DNA of 63,268 nucleotides, counting the filler, from Globobulimina sp. (taxonomy: Eukaryota): NCBI GenBank assembly GCA_003354225.1. It is 31 parts of 31 records of this genome, joined end to end, with 100 filler letters (N's around TTAATTAATTAA, not from the genome) between each part and the next. Parts side by side here need not be neighbours in the genome. Positions count along the whole stretch, not along the records: positions 36,803 to 38,746 come from PIVH01010344.1; positions 38,847 to 40,790 come from PIVH01010345.1; positions 40,891 to 42,834 come from PIVH01010346.1; positions 42,935 to 44,878 come from PIVH01010347.1; positions 44,979 to 46,922 come from PIVH01010348.1; positions 47,023 to 48,966 come from PIVH01010349.1; 25 more parts are not named here. One strand, written 5' to 3'. Below the pieces are notes generated by a model. The model had not been told where the DNA came from. It made no database searches and worked only from the letters and a program-made list of their open reading frames with translations. Shown one piece after another: positions 37,058 to 47,343 of the stretch. Each line of letters starts with the position of its first letter. Within the stretch, counting starts at the first letter, position 1. Both the position numbers and the translations under genes were made by a program.

Positions 37058-37536
37058 TGGCAGAAAGTGGTAGAAGAAGGTTGGGAGAGACGGGGGAAAA
37101 GACGCAAGTTAATATGAGACATTACAAATATGTTTTGGATGGTATCTGGTATAATTTCACTGTGACATTTGAGTTATGTTATGCGGACAATCAGGAATTG
37201 GAAGCAGCAGTGGATTATTTTGATTCTGTGCTGGATGAAAAGCCAAATGGTGAAATATGGCAGCTATATCAAGCGGATATCAGTGAAAAGATATTAAATT
37301 GCTCGTTGGAGGCGTATGAGGGATGGAGTAATGGTTTTGGTGCGGTCAATGTGTGGGATTTGGACAAAGTGAGTGTTCGTTATGATAGTACACCCGCACC
37401 TGCAATAAGCATAAAATCGCATCCCGAGAGGAGAAAAGCAAGGTTTTGGTGGAGTAATTTAGGAGAGATTCATGAGGATTGGGTTGATGATGAATGGAAT
37501 TATGCTGATTGCGATGGTGATGAATGTGAGGAATAG
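37057..37536 (+). CDS. Hypothetical protein, C-terminal fragment
   Basis: 159-aa frame without ATG, containing an RRRL motif and followed by a T-rich 3' region. Confidence 0.45.
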   Translation: MAESGRRRLGETGEKTQVNMRHYKYVLDGIWYNFTVTFELCYADNQELEAAVDYFDSVLDEKPNGEIWQLYQADISEKILNCSLEAYEGWSNGFGAVNVWDLDKVSVRYDSTPAPAISIKSHPERRKARFWWSNLGEIHEDWVDDEWNYADCDGDECEE

Positions 37537-37681
37537 ACCAGAATTTTTTTTTTTTATTATTACTATTATATTCTTATGTACAATTTTTTTTGTTATTGGT
37601 ATTTTTATCTGTTATTTGCATTGATAAGTTGTCAGACTATAAGTTTTTCCCAGCTCCGTCACTCCGCTCCAACTAGTTTTC

Positions 37682-38338
37682 ATGAAAGGGACAATATTCT
37701 GCTTTGTTGTGTTCATTTCGATTGGGCATTGCATTAGTTTTAATTTGGAAGCATCGGAAAGATTTTGTTTAGGGTACGTATATTCAATCTATATATAACT
37801 GCATGAATGTTGCAAATTGCAATTGGTTTATAGCGAAGATGCAATTGCTGGAGATTTTCTCCTTGGCACATTTAAATACGATCGCAATGCCAATGTGGAA
37901 GGCGCAATAATATTAACAATAAGTGATCCATTTACAACAACGATCTTTGAATCAACAGATAAATCAGGATCTGTTTCGATTGATGTAAAACAAGACGGAA
38001 TATATGATATTTGCTTTTTTAATACTGGGCCAACAGTACGATCTGTTACATTAGAAATTAAAAATACTTTAAAAAACAGTAAAAACGATGATTTGGTAAA
38101 GAAAAAACATGTGGATCCTCTTGTATATCAACTGCAAGATATTATTGAATCAGCAAAACATCTTAGCGTCGATTTACGACACATAAAACAGAGAGAGTGG
38201 CAAATGAGAGATATAAACGAAGCTACAAATTCTCGAGTGTTGGTATTATCATTTTTATCAATGTTCATATTCATTGCAACTGCCATATTCAAAGTATTTT
38301 ATTTAAAAGGCTTTTTTGCAAAAAAGAAATTAATTTAA
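37682..38338 (+). CDS. TMED10: p24-delta (TMED10/Erv25) GOLD-domain cargo receptor
   Basis: Signal peptide, intron 37774-37833, GIYDICF, REWQMRDINEATNSRV, and C-terminal YLKGFFAKKKLI. Confidence 0.9.
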
Positions 38339-39398
38339 TTTGATCTGACACTCTTTGTTACAAATATAAATCTTATTGTATCAATCACGTTATTTAATTC
38401 ACTGAAAAAAACTGTTAACGTTCCTGTTCCGAGAAATGAAAAATTGGTTGTATACAGCAATAAAAAATTGCAAAAGCAAGACACATTCGTTTTTATCGCC
38501 ATTGTTACACAACACAAATGTCACAAAATACATAATATATTAACGTTTGGGTATTAAAGCTGATATTTGTGAGATACGTTGCTGTGGCATATATTGTGGT
38601 ATATTCATCGTTTCTTTTTTAACAATATTATTATTATAACACTTTATCCAATCATTAAATGTCAAATTTTGTTTTTCTTGAAATAATGGAGCTTTATGTA
38701 TATCATTTATTGTTGCATCGAGAGGTGGTTTGAGTGGTTTATTTACNNNNNNNNNNNNNNNNNNNNNNNNNNNNNNNNNNNNNNNNNNNNTTAATTAATT
38801 AANNNNNNNNNNNNNNNNNNNNNNNNNNNNNNNNNNNNNNNNNNNNCTTTCAACAAATCAAAACTAAACATCCCCGAAATAGAAATTTGTTATTATGTGA
38901 TCCGTACTATTGTGCTAAATACGCTTGCCTTATAAGTTAGCAACTCATGTCTAAATTGCAATAATTATAAGAGAGAGCATCATGATGTAAAGCTTTTCAT
39001 GTCAAAAAAAATATGTTTCAAATTGAATTGAATTTAAACTATAATCTGCAAATTGAAATTTATTGAATTGAAAATATGTTTAAATACTAAACTGTAATCA
39101 GCATAATTTCCTTTCCTGTCCAAAAGACAAACCAAATAGATTGTAGATATTACCAATGGTTTCTTGACACAAAATAAGTTTGGTGTCATCACCTTGTTTT
39201 TAATTAAATTGTTAATGAAGTATTCAAATTTGTTAATAAAAAGGCAAATCTGTCGTAGTCATAAGTTTGGGACAATCTAAAATCGACTCGTCCCGACATT
39301 TTTTCAAGAATCGACATTTTTTCAAATCAAGTAAAAAGCAATGGATATGGATATGGAAGACGTGGAATGGATTTATGAATGAAAATGAGCAGAAAAAT

Positions 39399-39479
39399 GG
39401 CCACCTAGCTCAATTGGCAGAGCATTGGTTTGAATGGATAGAAACCAATTGGATGTAGGTTCGAATCCTACGGTGAGAG
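39399..39479 (+). pseudogene. tRNA-like element (Phe GAA-like) with broken acceptor stem and enlarged anticodon loop
   Basis: TAGCTCAATTGGCAGAGC D-arm, TTGGT/ACCAA stem with a 14-nt loop (TTGAA...), GTAGG-TTCGAAT-CCTAC T-arm. Acceptor pairs at only 4 of 7. Confidence 0.75.
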
Positions 39480-39808
39480 GAATGGAATGGAATGAATGCT
39501 TCATGTTAATGGTAAATATGCATTAATACTACATTAATATAAAAATAAAATCATATTAATGCTATAAATATAGCATATTAGCAGTTTGAAATTAGAAAAT
39601 ATAGCATATGTCATTAATATGAAATATCTCATTAATATCGCATTAATATCGACCGCCGATGACATCATTCCCCCATTGATGATCTCGATCCTTTGAGCGT
39701 ACGTTTCTGGATTAATCGCCAATATAACCCTTGAAATTTCATTCTAATTTATTTTGTTTTAAAAATGTGATGATTGGCAAAAAACTACTGCCACAACTTT
39801 AAGAGATA

Positions 39809-40168
39809 ATGGCAAGTCTCCAAGAAACAATCCATGACCAAATCCAAATCCAAGTTGAAGGTGATGATTTTGATTTTGATAAATGGATCGAAGCAAACCA
39901 TCTCGAACAGGCCAAGCAATTCTTGATAAAGCATGGCATGACCGATAGAGATTCAATGTCAATGGGTTCTCCTTCATTTATTAAATTATCGGCATCTCAG
40001 CCTTTATCCATTCCATTTGTAATTTGTGCCATTCACTCACCAAAACATATAATCGTAGCAGAGGAAGAACAAAATGTCATCGACGAAATAACAGCAAACT
40101 TAAAAGAAATGGATGCCTTTGAAATTAATATAAATTCATTAAACAACTTCGCCGTAACTTCACCGTGA
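39809..40168 (+). CDS. Hypothetical protein N-terminus (SAM-like), probably truncated
   Basis: FDFDKWIEANHLEQAKQFLIKHGM helical module. Confidence 0.45.
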   Translation: MASLQETIHDQIQIQVEGDDFDFDKWIEANHLEQAKQFLIKHGMTDRDSMSMGSPSFIKLSASQPLSIPFVICAIHSPKHIIVAEEEQNVIDEITANLKEMDAFEININSLNNFAVTSP

Positions 40169-40202
40169 AGAAACGTTTAGTCCGCAACAACTTGAAGGAT
40201 AA

Positions 40203-40772
40203 CCAAAAGCAAATGCTTTTGGTTATAATTTATATTCAATTGCCTCAAAACTTAATCATGGCTATCCGCAGAATGTGGAAATATGCAGTGACCAGGATGG
40301 CAAACAAAAGAGAGTGGTTGTATTTGCTACCAAGAATTTAAAACAAGGTGATGAACTACAGTATGATTATTTTGAATTATTAAATCCTGAAAGGGCACAC
40401 ATGCTGAAAGAAAGCTCAGCAAGACATGGTATTAGTATATTTGATTCATTTCCATTTGATGATGAACGTGGACAGGAATTCACTTCACTGATAAATACGC
40501 TGCATTATTATGCTTCGAAAGGTGATGCCGATGGGTTTGCAGATGTATTTGCAAAAATAATTAAAACGGGATTAGGCCTCTCCGATAATGCTGCAAATTA
40601 TTTTCTGTTCAAAAAGTTTTTCCATTTTTTTCAGCAAACTTATCAAACAGCCTGCATTTGCTATGTCTATTTAAACTGCAGCAGATTCATTTTTACACTT
40701 TTTTATTTCGGTCCTTGCACTCAAAGCACCCACACAAAACAAACAAATCAGCACAAATATCATGAAAAATAA
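40203..40772 (+). CDS. SET-domain (SMYD-like) protein, C-terminal fragment
   Basis: NAFGYNLYSIASKLNHGYPQNV and ATKNLKQGDELQYDY. No start codon; begins at a hairpin. Confidence 0.72.
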   Translation, partial: PKANAFGYNLYSIASKLNHGYPQNVEICSDQDGKQKRVVVFATKNLKQGDELQYDYFELLNPERAHMLKESSARHGISIFDSFPFDDERGQEFTSLINTLHYYASKGDADGFADVFAKIIKTGLGLSDNAANYFLFKKFFHFFQQTYQTACICYVYLNCSRFIFTLFYFGPCTQSTHTKQTNQHKYHEK

Positions 40773-40890
40773 TAAAATGTGATGATTGGGNNNNNNNNNN
40801 NNNNNNNNNNNNNNNNNNNNNNNNNNNNNNNNNNTTAATTAATTAANNNNNNNNNNNNNNNNNNNNNNNNNNNNNNNNNNNNNNNNNNNN

Positions 40891-42834
40891 ACCGCAATTA
40901 TTGAAAACATCTGTTTTCGAATATTATCCATTCCATTCAATAAATGTGACGATGTTACAATGAATTCGCCAACACCTCACTCCACTAAATCTGCTCCAAA
41001 CTCTTCAAAGTGTGCATCGAATAAATCAAGTCCTCTTTGTTCGAGTAAAGGTAGTCTTCGCTCCTCAGATAACGATGACGACGATGAAAAATTTGAATTA
41101 CAAAATATATGCGAATTGGTTGAAACGCCATGTGGTTCCCCATCAGTTCCATCATTACCCATTTGCACGAAATTGTCATTTGAACAAAAAGATGACGAAA
41201 AAGAAGCAAATCAATCCATGCATGGCCACCATCCACACGCCACAAACACAGCACGTACAGCTGCAGCGCATACCATCTATTTTAATAATTTAATTAATTT
41301 AAAATTTCATAAAATATTGCACAAAATAATCGGTATATTATGTGTGATGGGCGAATTTATGTCGCCATTGCATGAAGGCGTTAGGGTCAAAATTAAACAT
41401 CGCGATAAAGAGTTTACAGGCACTATTATCAAAATAAAATATGAAAATTGTTCAGATTCGACTGGCGAATTTACACAAACAGAGATTTTGTGTGATAACG
41501 GTTTAAATTTAGCAATAAATATGACAAACAAAGAACAATTTGACATTTCAATGTTAGATAATGTCTCATTTAATCCATTGAAATTGTCGCGACCCAAATA
41601 TTTATTATTATTGTTGCGTTCATACATTCATGAAACATTTATATCGCCGCAATCCTCGGAATCCTCTTTTTGTAAAACCATTTTGCGGCGCGTCATATCT
41701 GTCATTCGTCAATTTTCGAGATATAACGAATTTGCATTAATGATACAACATTTTGGTTTAATACAAGACTTAGTTGCCGTCAGTTTGCAGCCATTGCAAA
41801 AATTCGAAGATAATTTTGATTCTTCGTTTGAAAATGAAAACATTTGGAAGTCGACCTCAAAAACAAAAGAAGTTGAACGCTGGAAACAGAATTTAAAAAT
41901 TGGTTCGATCATTGACTGTCAAGATCGATTAACTAAATGGTTCGAATCTGAAATTATTCAATTTGACCATATTGAAAATAAGTTATTAGTACATTATTGT
42001 GAATGGTCCAGCAAATGGGACGAATGGCTCTCTCTCGACTCGCAACGCATTGCGCCATGGAGGACAAACACCGACGGCTCGTTTAAAAATAGAGGCTATA
42101 ATCCCTTCAGCAATCCGGAAAAGGATTTAATGAGTCTCAAATTGCGCAATCCTTCAAAAAATATTCACATTTTACAAAAATGTATCTTGGGATTGAATAA
42201 ATTCTATCCGACCATTGCCAGCATTGTCAATACCCCGATTAAGACAGATGGAGATGGTGCGGACGAGTATGTCGACGACGATGAAGAAAATCAATCACAA
42301 TCACAAACATCAGCCACTGTCAATGCACAAATATCGCCCAAATATAATCGGAATGTGCATAGCCATAAAACCGGCATTCCATGTCCAAATCATGCGTATT
42401 TACCAATTTTGAATCATTCCAATTTGTTAAATGATGTTATCGCGAATGAAACATTAAAACTGGAAAATTATACAACTGCAAATATAAAATGTGCGCAAGC
42501 TCAAAACAAAAGTGTTGTATTGAAGGGGAAATGTAGCATTTATCACGAATTCAAAGTGAATCCGCCGCCAATCAATCATATACCGGAGGATTATGAATTT
42601 AGTGGATGCACATTATTTTTATCGCTTATTTTGCCAAAAGAAAAAGACGATTTTGGTGTTTTGCCGTCAGCACTGTTTGAGTGGAATATTGATAAAATCT
42701 GTAAATTTAATATAGGTTTTGCGGATTCTCAATTATCAATCACGGATAATTTCGATTCAATGCATCATTCGCCGATACCCATAGATTGTATTAACAGTAA
42801 CAACTGCAAGCAATTAATGATTATGATATCAATC
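40891..42834 (+). CDS. Large protein fragment with MBT/Tudor(Agenet)-like domain
   Basis: LKIGSIIDCQD..KWFESEI...LLVHYCEWSSKWDEWL...RIAP. Frame open across the contig. Confidence 0.72.
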
Positions 42835-43134
42835 NNNNNNNNNNNNNNNNNNNNNNNNNNNNNNNNNNNNNNNNNNNNTTAATTAATTAANNNNNNNNNN
42901 NNNNNNNNNNNNNNNNNNNNNNNNNNNNNNNNNNATGGAAGCACAAGGCAAACACTATTTCCTTACAGCACTGTTCCACCCCAACAAAACTGGCCAAACT
43001 AGCATATTGTAATTGAAATCCAAACAGTATTGAAGCTAATAATATCAATACAGTCACTACACGCTGTGTGTTCTGCCGATTATGGTCAACTGGTTTTACC
43101 ATGGTCTGCAATAAAAAAACTTTAACTTTGCGAC

Positions 43135-44208
43135 ATGTTCAACACAAAACGTATCAAACATGTCGTCGCTAAAAAAAATAGAAAATCGAAACACACCATT
43201 AAACATTCAGTATTGGATAACACAATATTTAATCACATCATACATCAATCACTCATTTACAAAAATCATTTATTTAACATCAATGCATCTTCATTCAGTT
43301 TGAACATACTCAGTTCCTTCATTTCTGAAAACAACGCATTAACTCTGCGTAAACCCAGGAATAAAAGTAATAATTTATTACCTCCATCCAATTCTATTCA
43401 AATACAATTTTCCCCATTACCAAATATTACATTTTCTATCTTCAAAATATCCAAAAACACTGCTTTTGAACAATATTTAATGAACAATATCGGATATGAT
43501 TTAGATTTAAAAATATTACAAAATATACTCAAACTCTGCTTATATTATAACAATTTATCAAACACAAAACGAATATCTATTATACGTTATTATATATTAT
43601 CGGAATATCACAAAAACAACAAACTAGTAACAAATTATCAGTTAATTGAGGATATTATATATTGCACTGAGGAGCAAATGTTGAGTTTAATTCAGAAATG
43701 TAAAGAAAAAATAAATATGATATTATGTGGAACTGTGGCTTTAACAAAGCCATCATTCGGATTTGAATACATTGCGGTTGCCGTAAACTCACAAAACAAC
43801 ACAAAATGGATTGAAATGACACTCACTTTGTTTCCAGACAGACAATGGACTGCAAATAACAAATAACAAAACAAATCTCAGTTTCATATGTTTATAACCA
43901 GGAATTTCCAGTTTATGATTCATAAATGGCTGCATTTACAAGCAACAACACCAAAATTATCATTATGGTTACATAGAGCAGCAAAAATTGCATTAAATGC
44001 ACAATATATTGTTAGCAGACCAATTGGGAGAATGAAATCTATTATGAAAATGGCGGGATTTCAAGAAATTAAACACCATCAAAGTCATCAAATTATCAAA
44101 GAAATCGGTAGACAAAATTATGAATGCTTCCATGATGTGCAAGGTGTAAATTCTTGGTTTTTTCACCAAAACAATTTAAAACCTTTACCTAAAGTTTTTT
44201 TTTGTTAA
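43135..44208 (+). CDS. Hypothetical protein with in-frame TAA at 43864-43866
   Basis: ORFs 43135-43866 and 43888-44208 are in the same frame, separated by a single TAA. Confidence 0.45.
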
Positions 44209-44695
44209 TTTTTTTGCAGCAAATCAGATTTACACTGATTGATTTGATATATTCTGTTTTGATATTGTTTGTATGAACCAGGATTCCATTCAACTCATCC
44301 AAATTATTTTGTAATTCTAATGTTTGCAATTGTGTATTATTATGGCTTTGATTAAATTGTTGTACTAAATATTTCATTTGACGACATACATTTTGTTCTA
44401 ATTTACTGTATTCCAGAATTAAATTACTTAATATTTCCATACATTGTTTTTGTTCCATATTATAAAATTCAATTTGTTGCATCACAAATTTATTATATTC
44501 TTTCAACTGATTCTTATTTGAAACATCTGTTACATTCTTATCTGCTTTGCATATATTAATTACTTGATATTCTTCCTCTAAATTATATTTTTCAGCATTT
44601 TTTAATTTTTCAATTTTTTTCAACAATCTCAATGATTCAATTTTACTGCTTCCAAATCCTTTCATTAACATTGCTTCATTCAAATCATGCAACAA
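44189..44695 (-). CDS. SAM-like/coiled-coil protein fragment
   Basis: DLNEAMLMKGFG...LRLLKKIEKL followed by coiled coil. The 5' end is lost at a compositional junction. Confidence 0.45.
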   Translation of the reverse strand: MLHDLNEAMLMKGFGSSKIESLRLLKKIEKLKNAEKYNLEEEYQVINICKADKNVTDVSNKNQLKEYNKFVMQQIEFYNMEQKQCMEILSNLILEYSKLEQNVCRQMKYLVQQFNQSHNNTQLQTLELQNNLDELNGILVHTNNIKTEYIKSISVNLICCKKINKKKL

Positions 44696-44878
44696 AACAT
44701 TCCCATTATCAAAGGACTATCTGAAGCGGTCACACTTGAGCAAGCAGAGGATTTCTACCAGACTCTAGCGGAAGGATCTGCGATGGTATTCAAAGCCATC
44801 TCAGGAGGCGGCGGCAGAGGTATGCGTGTGGTATCGCACCAGGATGAACTGGCCAAGGAGAGCAAGGAATACAAGAGC
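44687..44878 (+). CDS. Biotin carboxylase (ATP-grasp) fragment, bacterial-like
   Basis: IPIIKG...MVFKAISGGGGRGMRVV. GC rises abruptly relative to the rest of the contig. Confidence 0.8.
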
Positions 44879-45025
44879 NNNNNNNNNNNNNNNNNNNNNN
44901 NNNNNNNNNNNNNNNNNNNNNNTTAATTAATTAANNNNNNNNNNNNNNNNNNNNNNNNNNNNNNNNNNNNNNNNNNNNATGTTAAATTTGTCGCAGAAGC
45001 AGCCCTGCAGCCCGCTGACTTATCA

Positions 45026-46717
45026 ATGGATCCATGTTTAGCTGAACAATATTGCAAAGAACTTGAACTAGCATGTTCTGCACCGTTGCCAGATGATGAC
45101 GATTTTTTGAACGATAGTATTGGTTTATCTGTTGGCGGAGCAAAGACAGTCAACAATTTCAGAGAATGCTTGGGAAATAATATTTTACCGTCACTGAACT
45201 CAATTACTTTCAATGGATTGCTGTATGGTTATTATTTTGATACGAAGACAAACATGAGATCCTATAGAAACACAATGGAAACTAAATCCAATGACAATGA
45301 CAGTAAACACAACGATAATGGTTCAATGTTGTTTTATCCAACATATTGTTGTGCAAAAACGAGAGGGCTGAATATGGATTATACAAAGAAAGAGTGTGGT
45401 GATGAATTTGAATATTATGTAACTGTTGGATTAAATTCAAACATAAAACAGAGTGAATTTAAAAGAAAACTGTTGAATTTGGTGGTTATTTTGGATCATT
45501 CTGGATCTATGGGCTATGGATTTGGTTTGGATAAGACACCCATTAAAATGGAGATTGCCAATAATGCGGTGGTTACACTGTTGAAACATTTGGGTGATGA
45601 GGATAGATTTGCTTTGATTATATTTGATGATCAAAGTGCTGTGTTGCAGAAATTAGAATATGTTAAAGATATAAATCTGGATACTTTAAAGAAGAAAATA
45701 TTATCTATCAAAGCTGCAGGTGGTACCAACATGGAATGTGGGTATAATTCTGCCATTGAAGCATATAAAGAATTATTTAATACTATAGTACCAACGCAAA
45801 ATGATGCCGCTATGTATGATCAACGGATTATATTCCTTACAGATGCAGTGCCCAACTCTGGAGTGAGCAGTCCACATTCTTTGTTAAATATGGTCTCAAA
45901 ATGTGCTGTAAATAATAGTTTGTTGCCGAATATTTATACAACATTCATTGGAATCGGATTAGATTTTAATTCAGATTTAATTGAACACGTATCACAAACA
46001 AGGGGATGTAACTATTATTGTGTGAAATCTTCAAAGGGATTTATGAAGCAAATGAGCGAGGATTTTGAATTTATGGTAACGCCGTTAGTGTTTGATGTGG
46101 TGTTGAAATTAAATTTTGAAGGAAATTGTTGTAAAATTGCAAAGGTTTATGGAGGAAATGATAGAGTTGAAAATAGTGTAGTAACCAGCGGAGAGGTGAT
46201 GAGAATCCATACGTTATTTCCATCAAAAAGAAGTGCACAAAATGGCGGAACTAAAGGAGGCATACAACTGATTAAATTAATGAAAAACAATATTTTTGCA
46301 AGCTTTAATGTTGAAATTGAAGTCTCGTTTTGTGATCGAAATGGTAAACAATATAAAAATGTGCAAAATGTGACATTTAAGCCGTTGCAAGAAAATAAAG
46401 AAGATATGATCCAAGAGGACGATTTTTATGATAATACCGGGATTAGAAAAGGGATATTATTGTGCAAGTTTGCGGAGTTGATTCGAAATTGGATAACAGA
46501 AACATCTATAAATAATTTTGGAGGGTATGGTACATATTTTGAGAATTTTTTGAATTATTTTGTGGATGAAATGAAACATTGCAGGGATAATGAATTGGAA
46601 AAAGAAATAAAAATATTGCAAAAAATAATATGTTCGATAACAAACAATTCTTTTAAATCGTCAAATGGTGTACAACATAAATATTATACACCTTTACCAG
46701 ATGACGATGAATTATAA
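45026..46717 (+). CDS. Von Willebrand factor A domain protein, prokaryote-type, intronless
   Basis: MIDAS LNLVVILDHSGSM, GGTNM, RIIFLTDAVPN, TFIGIGLDFN. N-terminal block IGLSVGGAK.VNNFRE...YYFDT. Ends DDEL. Confidence 0.88.
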   Translation: MDPCLAEQYCKELELACSAPLPDDDDFLNDSIGLSVGGAKTVNNFRECLGNNILPSLNSITFNGLLYGYYFDTKTNMRSYRNTMETKSNDNDSKHNDNGSMLFYPTYCCAKTRGLNMDYTKKECGDEFEYYVTVGLNSNIKQSEFKRKLLNLVVILDHSGSMGYGFGLDKTPIKMEIANNAVVTLLKHLGDEDRFALIIFDDQSAVLQKLEYVKDINLDTLKKKILSIKAAGGTNMECGYNSAIEAYKELFNTIVPTQNDAAMYDQRIIFLTDAVPNSGVSSPHSLLNMVSKCAVNNSLLPNIYTTFIGIGLDFNSDLIEHVSQTRGCNYYCVKSSKGFMKQMSEDFEFMVTPLVFDVVLKLNFEGNCCKIAKVYGGNDRVENSVVTSGEVMRIHTLFPSKRSAQNGGTKGGIQLIKLMKNNIFASFNVEIEVSFCDRNGKQYKNVQNVTFKPLQENKEDMIQEDDFYDNTGIRKGILLCKFAELIRNWITETSINNFGGYGTYFENFLNYFVDEMKHCRDNELEKEIKILQKIICSITNNSFKSSNGVQHKYYTPLPDDDEL

Positions 46718-46803
46718 AAACGCTGCGCTGATTGTTGAATTATCTTCTAAGAAAGTTTTTTCATTTTGTAATGTCAAGCTCTTTTTAATTTTGTAATGTC
46801 AAT

Positions 46804-46922
46804 ATGTTAAATTTGTCGCAGAAGCAGCCCTGCAGCCCGCTGACTTATCAATGGATCCATGTTTAGCTGAACAATATTGCAAAGAACTTGAACTAGCATG
46901 TTCTGCACCGTTGCCAGATGAT
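46804..46922 (+). repeat. 119-bp terminal direct repeat of the contig (identical to 44979-45097)
   Basis: ATGTTAAATTTGTCGCAGAAGC...GCCAGATGAT is present at both contig ends. Confidence 0.95.
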
Positions 46923-47343
46923 NNNNNNNNNNNNNNNNNNNNNNNNNNNNNNNNNNNNNNNNNNNNTTAATTAATTAANNNNNNNNNNNNNNNNNNNNNN
47001 NNNNNNNNNNNNNNNNNNNNNNAAGATTTTATTTCTGTCTCTAAAACTACGTTGCTAGTATTAAATACATTATCCCAATCTATTGCGTTTGCCGTTAATG
47101 CTATATTTGCTGTTGCTGCTATCAAATTCTCAGAATATCCCTCAAGGTCACACTACTGATCTCCAAATGTGGGATTGATTCGGCACGCAGAACCTATGTC
47201 AGCACATCAGCTACAAGCTTGCGGAGCCCTGAAGCGATGCTGGAGACACAAACGGTGTGTAGCGTGGGAACAGGTTCAGAAACAGCAAATATTTCGCCAT
47301 ATACAACAGAAAAATCCGGAACACTTAATTTTGGTAATTATGA

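Noticed and set aside
39761-40789. AAAATGTGATGATTGG repeated at about 39762 and 40774 as element termini
   Set aside because: It is a short direct match with no transposase or target-site duplication. It could be a CCAAT-type promoter motif, but two copies are insufficient.
22976-43866. Alternative genetic code or selenocysteine recoding
   Set aside because: The in-frame stops are one each of TGA, TAG and TAA, alongside frameshifts. Conserved genes end normally at TGA (alpha-kinase, after CaaX) and TAA (TMED10, PSMB4), and Trp and Gln use standard codons.
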